Source of the DNA: Thermodesulfobacteriota bacterium
GTDB taxonomy: Bacteria; Desulfobacterota_D; UBA1144; Nemesobacterales; Mycalebacteriaceae
Reading direction: 5' to 3'
DNA length: 64,000 bases
Assembly (NCBI GenBank): GCA_965205855.1
Contig: OZ242184.1
Span: forward strand, 544,001 to 608,000
Part shown: one piece after another, positions 9,913 through 24,900 of the stretch
How positions within the stretch are numbered: position 1 is the stretch's first letter
Layout: each line of letters starts with the position of its first letter
Program-made: the position numbers and the translations under genes
The notes under the pieces: model-generated
Told to the model about the DNA's origin: nothing
What the model saw: the letters and a program-made list of their open reading frames with translations, nothing else
Databases searched by the model: none

Positions 9913-12900
9913 ATGCCAGTCAAAAAACGACATATTAGTGACTTCATGTTAACCCGCCTGAGGGTGGTGGCCGGTTTCTGCCTGCTGCTGCTCTTCTCGC
10001 TGGGGCTATCGGCAACCGCGGCCCATGCACTCCACCAGTCGACTAATCCGAGAATCTTAGGAGGCAACAACCCGGTGGAGGGTCAGGCCCTGAGCGCAGC
10101 GATAAGTAATGCCCTGACCGATCATAGTTCGGGATTCAACCTCGAAGTCTATCGCTGGGAGCGTTCGAGTCCTGGTAGTAGCAGTGGTTTCATTAGTATC
10201 CCAGGTTTTCTCGCGGGCAGTAACAACTACGCCCCGACCCAGTCCGACGTGGGCAGATTTCTCCGAGCGCGTGTCACATTTACTGACAACCTCACCGGAG
10301 AGGTGACTAGTAGAATAGTCGGTCCCACGTCCAGGGTGGTGGCCAATGCCAATGACGACCCCAGAGGGTTGGCCATCGCTGGTGTCCCGGTTCTGGGTCA
10401 GGAACTGACGGCGAATACCTCCCGCCTTGCCGATGAAGATGGTCTGCCCAACCCGTCCGAATTCACCTATCAATGGAATACGCGGGTCGGCACCACGGAC
10501 ACGCCGATTCCCAACGCGACCTCCAGAACCTACACCCTGACCCAGTCCGAGCTCGGTAAGAGAATCACCCTGACCCTCCGCTATACCGATAGTTTTAACA
10601 CGCAGGAGAGTACGACTAGTGCTGCTACGGCGGAGGTGCGCCTCAATGACCCGCCCAGCGGGTTGACCATCGCCGGTGCCCTGACCGTGGGTGAGGAGCT
10701 GACGGCGGATACCTCTACCCTTGCCGATGAAGATGGTCTGCCGGCTGAGTCCGAGTTCAGCTATCAATGGCGGGCCGATGGCGTGGACATCGCCAACGCC
10801 ACCGACCGTAGCTATGTCCTGACCCCGGCCAATATCGGCAGTCAGATCACCGTGACCCTCAGCTACACCGATAACCTTAGCAAGCAGGAGAGCCTGACCA
10901 GCCCGGCCCGTGGCCCGGTGCAGTCTGACAATAATGCGCCGACCATCACGGGCACTCCGCCCTTGGCACAAGTGGGCGCGTCCTACAGTTTCATGCCGGT
11001 GGGCGAGGATGCGGATGGCGATACGCTGATCTATACCCTCAGCGGCGCACCCGGCTGGCTTAGTATCAACCCCACCACCGGAGCCCTGACCGGCACGCCG
11101 GGCAACGCCGATGTCGGCACCACCACAGGGATTGTGATCGACGTTACCGACGGCATCATCGCCGCGCCGGTGGAACTGGCGTTTGCGCTCACCGTCAATG
11201 GCCCGCCCACCGGCGAGGTGATCATCCTGGATAGTGGCCGACCGATCGTGGGTCAGGTTCTGACAGCGGATGCCTCCGGCCTTGGCGATGCCAATGGTCT
11301 GTCCGACCGATCCGCGTTCAGCTACCAATGGTTTGCGGACAGCGCGCCGATCAGGGGAGCGAACCTGCGCACCTACACCCCGGACGAGGTAGGCGAGGTA
11401 ATTTTCGTGATTGTCAGCTATACCGATGACGATGGCGTGGATGAGGACGTGTCCAGTGCGAGCATCAGGGTGTTCAACCAACTGCCCACCGCGGATGCCG
11501 GTCCGAATCAGAGCTTGAGCAAAGGCACAGAAGTCACGCTTGATGGCAGTGGCAGTTCCGATCCCGAGGGCGCGAGCCTGACCTATCTCTGGTCGCAGGT
11601 TGACGGCACTACGGTGACTTTAAGCAGTACGACGGCAGCACGGCCAACGTTCACCATACCAAACCTGATACCGACAGATGATCCGGACTCGCTTACTTTC
11701 AGTCTGGTCGTCTCTGACGTGCATGATGCATCGTCCACCAACGAGGAAACCGTCAGAATTTTTATCAGACCGCTGTTTCGGGAAGCCATTGCCGATCAAA
11801 CCTACAGCCTGGGCAATGAGATTGATGATCTGATGTTGCCTGCGGCACTGACGCAAGAGGGCACCTCGGGGGATGTCTATGCGCTGTCTTCTGTGCCCGC
11901 CGGGCTCTCCTTTGATCCTGCTACCCGCATATTGTCCGGTACGCCGACAGTGCTTGGGATGTTTGGCTTGACCTACACCGTAACGACTGCGGACGGTGGA
12001 ACCGATACACTGGAATTTTCCATCACCATCACTGCGGTCAACAACCCGCCCACAGGCGTGGTGACCATTGATGGCATTTTGACCGAGGATGAAGTCCTGA
12101 CGGCAAACACCTCCACCCTTGCCGATGAAGATGGTCTGCCCGCTGAGTCCACATTCACCTATCAATGGCTTGCGGATGGCGTGGAGATTCCCGGTGCGAC
12201 CCTGCGTACCTACATCCTGACCCAGGCCGATGTCGACCAGATACTCAGCGTGCTCGTCCGCTATACCGATGATGGTGGCACGGATGAGAGCGTGACCAGC
12301 GCACCGCGTGGGACGGTGGCCAATGTCAATGACCCGCCCACCGGCGCGGTGACCATCGCCGGCAGCCTGGTCATGGGTGAGGAACTGACGGCGGATACCT
12401 CTGCCCTGCGCGATGAGGATGGTCTGCCCGCTGAGTCCACATTCCGCTATCGGTGGCGGGCGAATGGTATATCTATTCCCGGCGCGACCGCGACCATGCG
12501 CACCTACAGACTGACCGCGGCCGAAGTGGGTGCGGAAATCAGCGTGAGGGTGAGCTACTTCGATCTCTTCTTCATGGCTGAGCGCATAACCAGTGAACCG
12601 CGGGGACCGGTGATCGGCACCAATGAAGCGCCGACCATCAGCGGCACGCCCGCCACCATGGTGGCCGAAGACAGCGAATACCGCTTCACGCCGGTGGGCG
12701 GGGATGCGGATGGCCATACCCTGATCTATACAATCGACAACCGTCCCGACTGGGCCGACTTCGACCCCGCCACCGGGGCTCTGACCGGCACGCCCGGCAA
12801 TGCCGATGTCGGCACCACCACAGGAATTGTGATCAGCGTGACCGACGGCATCATCGCCGCGCCGGTGTCATTGCCGGCCTTTTTTATCACCGTCATCAAC

Positions 12901-15900
12901 ACCAATGACCCGCCCACAGGCGAGGTGACCATAGAAGGCACCCTGATCCTGGGCGAGGAACTGACGGCGGATACCTCTGCCCTTGCCGATGACGACGGTC
13001 TGCCCGACCCTGCCACATTCACCTATCAATGGTTTGCGCGGGACGGTGCCACGGACACGCCAATCTTCGGCGCGATGATGCGCACCTACACCCTGACCCC
13101 GAACGAGATCGACAAGCGGATTGGCGTGAGGGTGTCCTACATAGACGACCGCCGCACCAGGGAGTCTCTGGAGGCCGTCACCGGCGGTTCCGTCTCTGAA
13201 ATCAACCTTCCTCCCACCGGCGCGGTGACCATCCGCGGCACCCTGACCACGGGTGAGGAACTGACGGCGGATACCTCTGCGCTGGGCGATGAGAATGGTC
13301 TGCCCGCTGAGTCCACATTCACCTACCAATGGCTTGCGGATGACACGGAGATTTCCGGTACGACCGGGCGCACCTACAGGCTAACCCCGAACGAGGTTGG
13401 CCGGGTGATCACCGTGCTCGTCCGCTATACCGATGATGATGGCACGGCTGAGCGCGTGACCAGCGCACCGCGTGGGCCGGTGGTCGGCAGCAACCAAGCG
13501 CCGACCATTGGCGGCACCCCCGCCACCACGGTGGCCGAAGACAGCGCATACAATTTCATGCCGGAGGGCGGGGATGCGGATGGCAATATCCTGACCTATA
13601 CCCTTATCGGCGCACCCGGCTGGCTTATCATCAACCCCGTCACGGGGGAACTGACCGGCACGCCAACCAACGATGATGTCGGCACCACCACCGGAATTGT
13701 GATCGGCGTGACCGATGGCATCATCGCCGCGCCGGTGGAACTGCCAGCGTTTGACCTCAGAGTGACCAACACCAACGACGCGCCCACCGGCGGGGTGACC
13801 ATCACCGGCAGCCTGACAATGGGCGGAGAACTGACGGCGGATACTTCCACCCTTGCCGATGCCGATGGTCTGCCCGCTGAGTTCACATTCACCTATCAAT
13901 GGAATACGCGGGACGGCGCCACGGACACGCCGATTTCCGGCGCGACTCTGCGCACCTACACCCCGACCCAGGACGAGGTCGACCAGATACTCAGCGTGCT
14001 CGTCCGCTATACCGACGATGATGGCGCGACTGAGAGCGTGACCAGCGCACCGCGAGGGCCGGTGGTCAATGCCAATGACGCGCCGACCATTGACGGCACG
14101 CCCGTCACCACGGTGGCCGAAGACAGCGAATACAGCTTCACGCCGGTGGGCATGGATGTGGATGGCAATTTCCTGACCTACGCCATCAGCGGCGCACCCG
14201 GCTGGCTCAGCATCGACCCCGCCACGGGGGAACTGACCGGCACGCCAACCAACGATGATGTCGGCACTACCACCGGCATTGTGATCAGCGTGACCGACGG
14301 CATCATCGCCGCGCCGGTGGAACTGCCGGCGTTTGACCTCACCGTGACCAACACAAACGACGCGCCCACCGGCGCGGTGACCATCAGCGGCATCCTGACT
14401 ATGGGCGAGGAACTGACGGCGGATACCTCCACCCTTGCCGATGATGATGGTCTGCCCGAGCCGTCCACGTTCACCTATCAATGGCTTGCGGATGGCGTGG
14501 AGATTCCGGGTGCGACCCTGCGCACCTACACTCTGACCCCGGACGAGGTCGGTCAGACCATCAGCCTGGTCGTCCGCTATACCGATCTTCGGAGTAGTGA
14601 AGAGGAAGTGACCAGCGCACCGCGGGGGCCGGTGGCCAATGCCAATACCCCGCCGACCATTGGCGGCGTCCCCGCCACCACGGTGGCCGAAAACAGCGAA
14701 TATAGCTTCACACCGGTGGGCATGGATGTGGATGGCCATACCCTGATCTATGCCATTACGGTCACGCCCGCCTGGGCCGACTTCAACCCCGCCACCGGGG
14801 CTTTGACCGGCACGCCCACCAACGCCGATGTCGGCACCACCACTGGCATTGTGATCAGCGTGACCGACGGCATCGCCGCGCCGGTGGAACTGCCAGCGTT
14901 TGCTCTCACCGTTACTGACATCAACAACCCGCCCACTGGCGCGGTGACCGTCAACGGCATCCTGACCACGGGTGAGCAACTGACGGCGGATACCTCTGCC
15001 CTTGCCGATGACGATGGTCTGCCCGACCGGAGCACATTCTTCTACCGATGGATTGCGCGCAGCGGCACCACGGACAGGACTCTCCTCGTAGGGCCGTTTG
15101 ACACCTACACCCTGACCGCGGACGAGGTGGATGCGCAAATCAGAGTGACGGTGAGTTACTTCGATTTCAATGACACGGATGAGAACCTGACCAGTGCGCC
15201 GCGTGGGCCGGTGAAGTCTGACAATAGCCCGCCGACCATCGGTGGCACCCCCGCCACCACGGTGGTTGAAGGCAGCGCATACAACTTCACGCCGGAGGGC
15301 GGGGATGAGGATGTCGGCGACACGCTGGTGTATGCCATCACGGTCACGCCCGACTGGGCCGACTTCGACCCCGCCACCGGGGCTTTGACCGGCACGCCCA
15401 CCAACGATGATGTCGGCACCACAACTGGCATTGTGATCAGCGTTACCGACGGCATCATCGCCGCGCCGCTGGAACTGCCGGCGTTTGACATCACCGTTAC
15501 CAATATCAATACAGTGCCCACCGGCGGTGTGACCATCAGCGGCACGCTGACTATGGGCGAGGTGCTGACGGCGGATACTTCCACCCTTGCCGATGGAGAT
15601 GGTCTGCCCGATGAGTCCGGATTCCGCTATACATGGCAGGCGGATTTCACGTCGATACCCAACGCGACCATGCGTACCTACACCCTGACCCCGGCCGAAA
15701 TCGGCAAGAGGATCCTCGTGATCGTCCGCTATACCGATGGTCAGGGCAGGGCGGAGAACGTGTTTAGTGAACTCCGGGGGCCGGTGGTTGGCACCAACAC
15801 CCCGCCGACCATCAGCGGCGTCCCCGCCACCACGGTGGCCGAAGACAGCGAATACCTCTTCACGCCGACGGGCATGGATGCGGATAGTGACGACACGCTG

Positions 15901-18900
15901 GTGTATGCCATCACGGTCACGCCCGCCTGGGCCGACTTCAACCCCGCGACTGGGGCTCTGACCGGCACACCCACCAACGATGATGTTGGGATTACCACAG
16001 GAATTGTGATCAGCGTAACCGATGGCATCATCGCCGCGCCGCTGGAACTGCCGGCGTTTGACCTCACCGTTACCAACACCAACGACCCGGCCACCGGCGC
16101 GGTGACCATCAGCGGCATCCCGGTTATGGGCACGACCCTGACGGCGGATACCTCTGCCCTTGCCGATGACGATGGTCTGCCCGAGCCGTCCACATTCACC
16201 TATCAATGGCTTGCTAATGGCTTGGAGATTCCCGGCGCGACCGGGCCCACCTACACCCTGACCCCGGACGAGGTCGGTCAGACCATCAGCGCGATAGTCG
16301 AGTTCACCGATGACCGGAACACAGTTGAGCGCGTGACCAGCGCACCGCTTGGGCCGGTGGTCAATGCCAATAGCCCGCCGACCATCGGTGGTACCCCCGC
16401 CACCACGGTGGCCGAAGACAGCGAATACCGCTTCACGCCGGAGGGCGAGGATGCGGATGGCGATACCCTGATCTACGCCCTCAGTGGCGCACCCGGCTGG
16501 CTCAGCATCGACCCCGCCACCGGGGCGCTGACCGGCACGCCCACCAACGATGATGTCGGCACCACCACAGGAATTGTGATCAGCGTTACCGACGGCATCA
16601 TCGCCACGCCGGTGGAACTGCCGGCGTTTGACCTCACCGTGACCAACACCAACGACCCGGCCACCGGCGCGGTGACCATCGATGGCATTTTGACCGAGGA
16701 TGAGGTCCTGACAGCAAACACGTCCACTCTTGCCGATGACGATGGTCTGCCCGATGAGTCCACATTCACCTATCAATGGTTTACGGACGACGGAACCGCG
16801 AGCGAGCAAATCAGCGGCGCTAACATGAGAACCTACACCCTGACCCAGAGCGATGTGGGCGAGATGATCACCGTGACGGTCAGCTATACCGATGACCGGA
16901 ACACCCTTGAGAGGCACACCAGCGATGCCACACAGCTGGTGACCAACATCAATGACGCACCCACCGGTCGCCCGAGCATCGACGGCACCCCGACCGAGGA
17001 TGAGGAACTGACGGCGAATACCTCTGCCCTTGCCGATGAGGATGGTCTGCCCGATGAGTCCACATTCACCTATCAATGGTTTACGGACGACGGAACCGCG
17101 AGCGAGCAAATCAGCGGCGCTAACATGAGAACCTACACCCTGACCCAGAGAGCAAATCAGCGGCGCTAACATGAGAACCTACACCCTGACCCAGAGCGAG
17201 GTGGGCAAGAACATCGTCGTGGAAGTCTCCTACCGGGATCTTCAGGGCGGCAATGAGACGGTGCGAAGCGCCGATTCCTTTGGGCCGGTGGACAATGTCG
17301 ATCAACCCCCGACCATAAGTAGCGTTCCGCCCGTCAGCAGCGACCCCGATTCGCCCACTACCTTCAGGGTGTCTCCGGGCGAGCCCTTTTTATTCAGGAT
17401 AACGGCCGAGGATTTGGATGGCGACGGGGTCCAGATCATACCAAGAGCTTTACTTGGTAGTTGGCTCTCGTTCCTCCCTCTCTTCGAAGAGACCGATTTC
17501 GAAAACGGTTTCGGTATCGCTGAAGTTTCCGGCACGCCGGGCAGTGCGGATATCGGCAGCACAACGATGGGTGGTTTTGATGTCTTTACCACCAATCTTT
17601 CTGAGCAAAGGAGCGACACTCTGCCCGTCTTTTTTATCGAGGTGATTGACAATAGCCTACCGACCATTGGCGGCACCCCGACGGAGGCGGTCGAAGACAG
17701 CGCCTACAACTTCACGCCGGAGGGCGAGGATGCGGATGGCGACACCCTGACCTATATGATCGAGAACCTGCCCGCCTGGGCCAGCTTCAACTCCGCGACC
17801 GGGGCGCTGACCGGCACGCCCGGCAACGACGATGTTGGGATGACCACAGGAATTGTGATCAGCGTTACCGACGGCATCATCGCCACGCCGGTGGAACTGC
17901 CGGCCTTTGATCTCACCGTCATCAACACCAATGACCCCGCCACCGGTCGCCCTGGGATACAAGTGGCCACGAGTGAGGGGGGCATGGAACCGAACCGCTT
18001 TATAGAATTTACCGCTTTACCCGAATCCATTGTCGATCAGGATGGTCTGCCCGAAGAGGATTATTCCGGGTTACAACGTCCGTTCACCTACCAATGGAAT
18101 AGGCACGAGGCAGGCGTGGACACGGCGATTCCCGGCGAGACCTCAAAATTCTACCGTCAGCCCGTTGCCGATTTCGGCGATAGAGTCACCCTGACTGTCG
18201 TCAGCTTCACCGATCTTCGGGGTGGCAATGAGGGGCCCCTGACCAGCGCTCCCGCGTTGGCGATGGGGATCAATCTGTTTGCCACCGGCGAGGTGACCAT
18301 CGACGGTGACCTGATCGAGGATCAGACCCTGACGGCAAATACCGAAACCCTTGGCGATCCAAATGGCCTGCCCGACCCGTCCACATTCACCTATGTATGG
18401 GAAAGGCAACCGGCCGGTCAGCTCTCCCGCCCTATCTCCGGCGCGACATCCAACACCTACGTCCTGACCCAGGCCGATGTGGGCGCGCGTATTAGAGTGA
18501 TTGTCCACTACACCGATCTTGATGGCTTTACTCGCAATGCACCCCCCGGGGATAGTGAGGAAGACGTTGAAATTGGGGTAGCCTCTAATTTCCGTGGGCC
18601 CGTGGCGAATTTCAGCCACGCCTCCACCGGCGGGGTGAGTATCACCAATGCCGACGGAGAGCCGCTCACCGGCGCCCAGGGGGAGCCGCCGCCCGCCGGC
18701 ATCCCGCCCCCGGCCGAGGATCAGATGCTGACAGCGGATGCCTCTGCCATTGAAGATGCGGATGGTCTGCCCGATGAGTCCACGTTCACCTATCAATGGA
18801 ATACGCGCGACGGCGCCACAGACACGCCGATTCCCGGCGCGACCGGGCGCACCTACACCCTGACCCAGAGCGAGGTCGACAAGCCCGTCACCCTGAGGGT

Positions 18901-21900
18901 CAGCTTCATTGATGGCGACGGGACGGAGGAAAATCAGACCAGTGAGGCAACGGCGGAGGTGACCAATGTCAATGACCTGCCCACCGGCGCGGTGACCATC
19001 AACGGCATTTTGACCGACGGCGCGGAACTGACGGCGAACATCTCTGCCCTTGTTGATGAGGATGGCCTGCCCGATGAGTCCGAATTCGAATATGAATGGT
19101 TTGCGAATTTCACGCCTATCACCGATGCGACTGAGCGAACCTATACCCTGACCCAGGCCGAAGTGGGCAAGAGTATCACCCTGACCGTCCGCTACACTGA
19201 CCTTCAGGGCGTGGATGAGAGCCTGACCAGCCTTCTTACGGCGCCGGTGTTCAATGCCGATGACCCCACCACTGGCTTTCCCGACATCATCGGCGACCTC
19301 ATCCAGGGCCAGACCGTGACGGTGGATACCTCCGGCCTGATGGATGAGGATGGTCTGGGCACCTTCACCTATAGATGGCAGCGCTCAGATGGTATGAATC
19401 CTGTTTTTATCGACGGCGCCACCGGTAGCACCTACACCCTGACTCAGGACGATGTGGGTCATTTTCTGTTTGTGTTTGTCGTTCATACCGATCTTCTGGG
19501 TGGCATAACGGGAGAATTACAAGGTGGTACCGACCTTGGTTTTAACGCCTTCGTCCGCAATATCAACGACCCACCCACCGGCCTGACCATCAGCGGTGGG
19601 TTGGTAGTGGGCCAGACGCTCAGCGCGGATACTTCGGCGCTGGTGGATATCGATGGCTTGCCCGATGAGTCCGAGTTCAGTTATCAATGGCAGGCCGATG
19701 GCGTGGACATCGCCAACGCCACCGACCCCAGCTATGTCCTGACCCCGGCAAATATCGACAATCACATCAGCGTTACCCTCAGCTACACGGATAATTTTAG
19801 CGAGAACGAGTCCATCACCAGCCCGGCCCGTGGCCCGGTGCGGGCTGCCGAAATCAATAACGCCCCCAGCACCGGCGGTCTGGCGGTCACGACAGACGAG
19901 GATACCGCGTATACCTTTGCGGCGGCTAACTTCAACTTTAACGATGCCGACACTGGCGATATGCTGGAGCAAGTGCGCATAGATAGCCTGCCCGGTACCG
20001 GCAATCTGACCCTGAACGGCACAGCGGTTAGCGACGGACAAGAGATTGTTACCGGCGCTATCCCCAATCTGGTCTATACCCCGGCGTTGAATTTCAACGG
20101 CAGTGTGAGCTTCCTCTACAGCGTCTCCGACGGCGTTGTCTTCAGCACCCCGCCCGCCAACGCCGCCATCAGCATTACCCCGGTCAATGATTCGCCCACC
20201 GGCGTGGCTCCTGTGCTGCCCGCGCTGGGCCTGGCGGGGGGCGCACAGACGGTTGATTTGAATAGCAGTTTTAGCGACCCCGATGGCGATGGTTTGATCT
20301 ATAGTGCAAGCTCCGTTGATGAAAGCGTGCTCAGGGTGTCGGTGTCGGGCGCTGTGCTGATCCTCACGCCGGTCGCCCTGGGCGCCAGCACCCTCACCAT
20401 CACGGCCGAGGATGGCAACGGCGGCAGCTTCAGCCTGAGCGTGGATGCCACGGTGGGCACTAATAGTCGGCCCAGGATTCCGGATATTGTGCTGCCTGTG
20501 TTGACCGAGTCCGCGGGAGAACAGAGTTTTGAAGTGAGCGACAATGCCACGGGGGTGGACCCTGACGGCGATAGTTTGACCTACACCGTGTTCTCTGATG
20601 ATGAGGGCATCGCCACGGCGAGGATAGATAACTCCCCCCCGCTAATCACCCTGATCATTACCCCGATCAGCATCGGTAGCACCACCTTCACCATCACCGC
20701 CGATGATGGCAATGGCGGCACGGATAGCCGGAGGGTTGCGGTGCAGGTGCTGGGGCCCAACCAGGCTCCTCAGCGCACGACGGTCCCTCTGGTGGCACCT
20801 GAGCTGAGTCGGGCGGCGGGGCCACAAGAGGTTGAGCTGAGCGGCGCTTTTACAGACCCTGATGGCGATGATGATGCTTTGACTTATGATGCGGCCTTTT
20901 TAAGCGGGGACGCTGATGTGGTCACGTTGGCAGTCACGGGCAGTACGCTGACCCTGACCCCGGTGGGAATTGGTAGCGCCAGTATCAATATCAGTGCGAC
21001 GGATAGCCGGGGCGGCATAGGCGCCGGGGCACTTGATGTTACGGTGAATAACAGCCCACCCAGCGGCGCGGTGAGCATCGATGGCACCCCGACCGAGGAC
21101 GAGGAACTGACGGCGGTAACCGGTGCCATTGTCGATGCCGATGGTCTGGATAACGCGGTTTTCACCTATCAATGGAACCGGAACGACGGAACCACGGACA
21201 CGGCAATCAGCGACGCGACCTCTGCAACCTACACCCTGACCCAGAGCGATGTGGGCGAGGTGATCACCGTGACGGTCAGCTACCAGGATGGAGGAGGCAA
21301 TGATGAGAGTCTGACCAGCGCGCCCACGGAGGCGGTGGCCAATGTCAATGACGAACCCACCGGATTACCGATCATTACCGGCACGGCGACCGAGGATGAG
21401 ACTCTGACGGCGGATACCTCGGGAATTGAAGATGATGATGGCCCTGATACTCTGTCATTCACCTATCAATGGAACCGGAACGACGGAACCACGGACACGG
21501 CAATCAGCGATGCGACCTCTGCAACCTACACCCTGACCCAGAGCGATGTGGGCGAGGTGATCACCGTGACGGTCAGCTACCAGGATGGAGGAGGCAATGA
21601 TGAGAGTCTGACCAGCGCGCCCACGGAGGCGGTGGGCAATGTCAATGACGAACCCACCGGATTACCGATCATTAGCGGCACGGCGACCGAGGATGAGACT
21701 CTGACGGCGGATACCTCGGGAATTGAAGATGATGATGGCCCCGATACTCTGCCGTTCACCTATCAATGGAACCGGAACGACGGAACCACGGATACGGCGA
21801 TCAGCGATGCGACCTCTGCAACCTACACCCTGACCCAGAGCGATGTGGGCGAGGTGATCACCGTGACGGTCAGCTACCAGGATGGAGGAGGCAATGATGA

Positions 21901-24900
21901 GAGTCTGACCAGCGCGCCCACGGAGGCGGTGGCGGCGGCCATCACCCCCAATACCCCGCCCACCTCAAGCGGGCTGGATGTTACGCTGGACGAGGATGGC
22001 AGCCATACTTTTGCGGTCGCCCAGTTTAATTTTGCCGATACCGACAGCGGCGATAGCCTGGACGCGGTGCGCATCGATAGCCTGCCCGCCAGCGGCAGCC
22101 TGACCCTGAGCGGCGCAGCGGTTAGCGTCATGGACGTGATTGCCGCCGCCGATATCTCGAACCTGGTCTATACCCCGGTGGCCAATGTCAACGGCGCTGC
22201 GACCTTCACCTTCAGCGTCTCCGACGGCACTGACTTCAGTACCCCGCCTGCTACGGCAACCCTGACCGTTACTCCGGTCAATGACGCGCCCACCACCAGC
22301 GATCTGAGTGCCACTACCGACGAGGATACCGCCTATGACTTTACGGCGAGTGACTTCAACTTTAGCGATGTGGACAGCGGCGATAGCCTGGACGCGGTGC
22401 GCATCGATAGCCTACCCGCCAGCACCAACGGCAGCCTGACGCTAAACGGCACAGCGGTGGCCCTGGCCCAAGAGATTCCCGTTGCCGGTATTCCGAATCT
22501 GGTCTATACCCCGGCGGCCAATGTCCACGGCATGGACAGCTTCACCTTCAGCGTCTCCGACGGCACTGATTTTAGTACCCCGCCCTCCACGGCAACCATC
22601 ACCATTAACTCGGTCAATGATGAGCCCAGCGGCACGGTGACGATCAGCGGCACTCCCCGGGTGGGCCAGACCCTGATGGCGGACACCACCGGCATTACCG
22701 ATGCCGATGGCCCTGATATGCTGTCATTCACCTATCAATGGCTTGCGGGTAGCAATCTTATCAGCAACTCGGACTCCCCAACCTACATCCTGACCGGGGA
22801 CGAATTAGGCGAGATGATCAGTGTGGACGTCAGCTACATGGATGCCGATGGCATTGAGGGAGGTCTTGTCAGTGATCCCGTCGGGCCGGTGATCGCGGCA
22901 AGCACCAACAACCCGCCCACCACCAGCGGACTGACGGCCACGACTGCTGAAGACATCCCCTATACTTTTGCGGCGGGTAATTTCAACTTTAACGATACCG
23001 ACAGCGGCGATAGCCTGGACGCGGTGCGCATCGATAGCCTGCCTGCCAACACCGACGGCAGCCTGGCGCTGAACGGCACAGCGGTGATCGTGACCCAAGA
23101 GATTTCCGTTGCCGGTATTCCGAATCTGGTCTATACCCCGGTGACCAATGTCAACGGCGCTGCGACCTTCACCTTCAGCGTTTCCGACGGCACTGACTTC
23201 AGTACCCCGCCTGCCACGGCAACCCTGACCGTTACTCCGGTCGATGATGATCCCATCGGATTACCGACCATTAGCGGCACGCCCCGGGTGGGTGAGACCC
23301 TGACGGCAAACACCAGCGGCATTAGCGATGCCGATGGCCTTACGAACGTGACTTTCACCTATCAATGGCTGGCGGATGGCGGGCCCCTTAGCGGTGCGAC
23401 CTTGCCGACTCTTGCCTTGACGAGTGCGAATTTGGGTGCGGATATTGAGGTACGGGTCAGCTTTACAGACGATGCCGGCAACAATGAAGTACTGACCAGC
23501 GACCCGGTCAGTATTGAAGCGGCGGCGGCGCCTTTTCCCAGCGCTGTAATTGCACCGATTGCTCCGGCGCTGTTGCTTACTGAGAATGGCGTGGAGGGCG
23601 TGGATGGTGGCGTCACCATCACCCTGGATGGCAGTGGCAGTAGCACCACCCCCCCGGGCGGCACGCTGACCTACGCTTGGACTGAACTCTCGGGAACTGA
23701 CACCGCCCTGACCGGCGCGGTCACGGCTATGCTCAGTTTCACCACGCCCGCCCGTGCGGTGGAGGTCGCGAACCTGGTCTTCCAACTGACTGTGACCGAC
23801 ACCGCCAGCAATTCGGAGGGTTTTACCACCATTGGGGTAACGGTTCTGCCTACTATGGTTGAGCCTGTTGTCGCTGTGGCTGGGCCAGATCAGACCGTGT
23901 CCGCAGGCGCTACGGTGACGCTGGATGGTAGAGCCAGTACCGGCGGGACCCTGTCCTATAGCTGGGTGCAGACTGCCGCTCCCGGCGCAGGTATCCAATT
24001 GGACGATTTTGAGTCTGCCACGCCAGTTTTTACTGCGCCGGACGTGACCACTACCAGGGATTTGGAGTTCAGATTGCAAGTGATGGGATCCGGCATCAGC
24101 AGCAATTTCGACGAAGTCATCATTACCGTCGTGGGCGCGCCGAACATCTCGTCCGGCGTCAACAGCCTGAGCGCCCCCGTAGGAGTTGCCATCGAGCCGA
24201 TCACCATCACCTCGACAAGCGGCGGCACGGTGGCCAGTTACAGCATAGCTCCGTCCATTGACAATGGCCTGTTCTTTGATGAGAGCACCGGCACTATCTC
24301 CGGCACGCCATTTGCATCCGCCGCTGAGGTGGTCTACACAATCACTGGGGAAAATGTCAGCGGCACGGACACCGTCGAGGTTGCCATCACCGCCACCGAT
24401 GGCAATCTGCCACCGGTAGCCAATGCCGGCACCGACCGTACGGTTAGACCCACTCTGAACTTTGTGGTCGAACTGGACGGCAGCGCCAGTTCCGACCCCG
24501 AGGGCGGGGCCCTGATCTACGTCTGGACCCAGAACGGCGAGCCCGAAGTCGGTCTGACCGGAAGGGACACAGCAACCCCGGGTTTCACCCTGACCCAGTC
24601 CCTGCTTGATCAGTTGTCGGGAGAACCCACGCTGAGCTTCTCTTTGACGGTCACCGATGCCATGAATCAGGCTTCTGCACCTGACAGCGTAGATATTCGC
24701 TTTGATATGACGCCCCCGGTTATCAGCCTGGTCGGCGATTTTTCGGTATCCATCGGAGAGGGCGGCACCTATACGGAAGCCGGTGCGGCGGCCACGGACG
24801 CTGTTGACGGGGATATTAGCGGCGATATCAGAACGGCCATAGTCTACGATAACAACACCGTCGACACCAGCGACGACGATCTGGTTAATGCGGTCGATAC

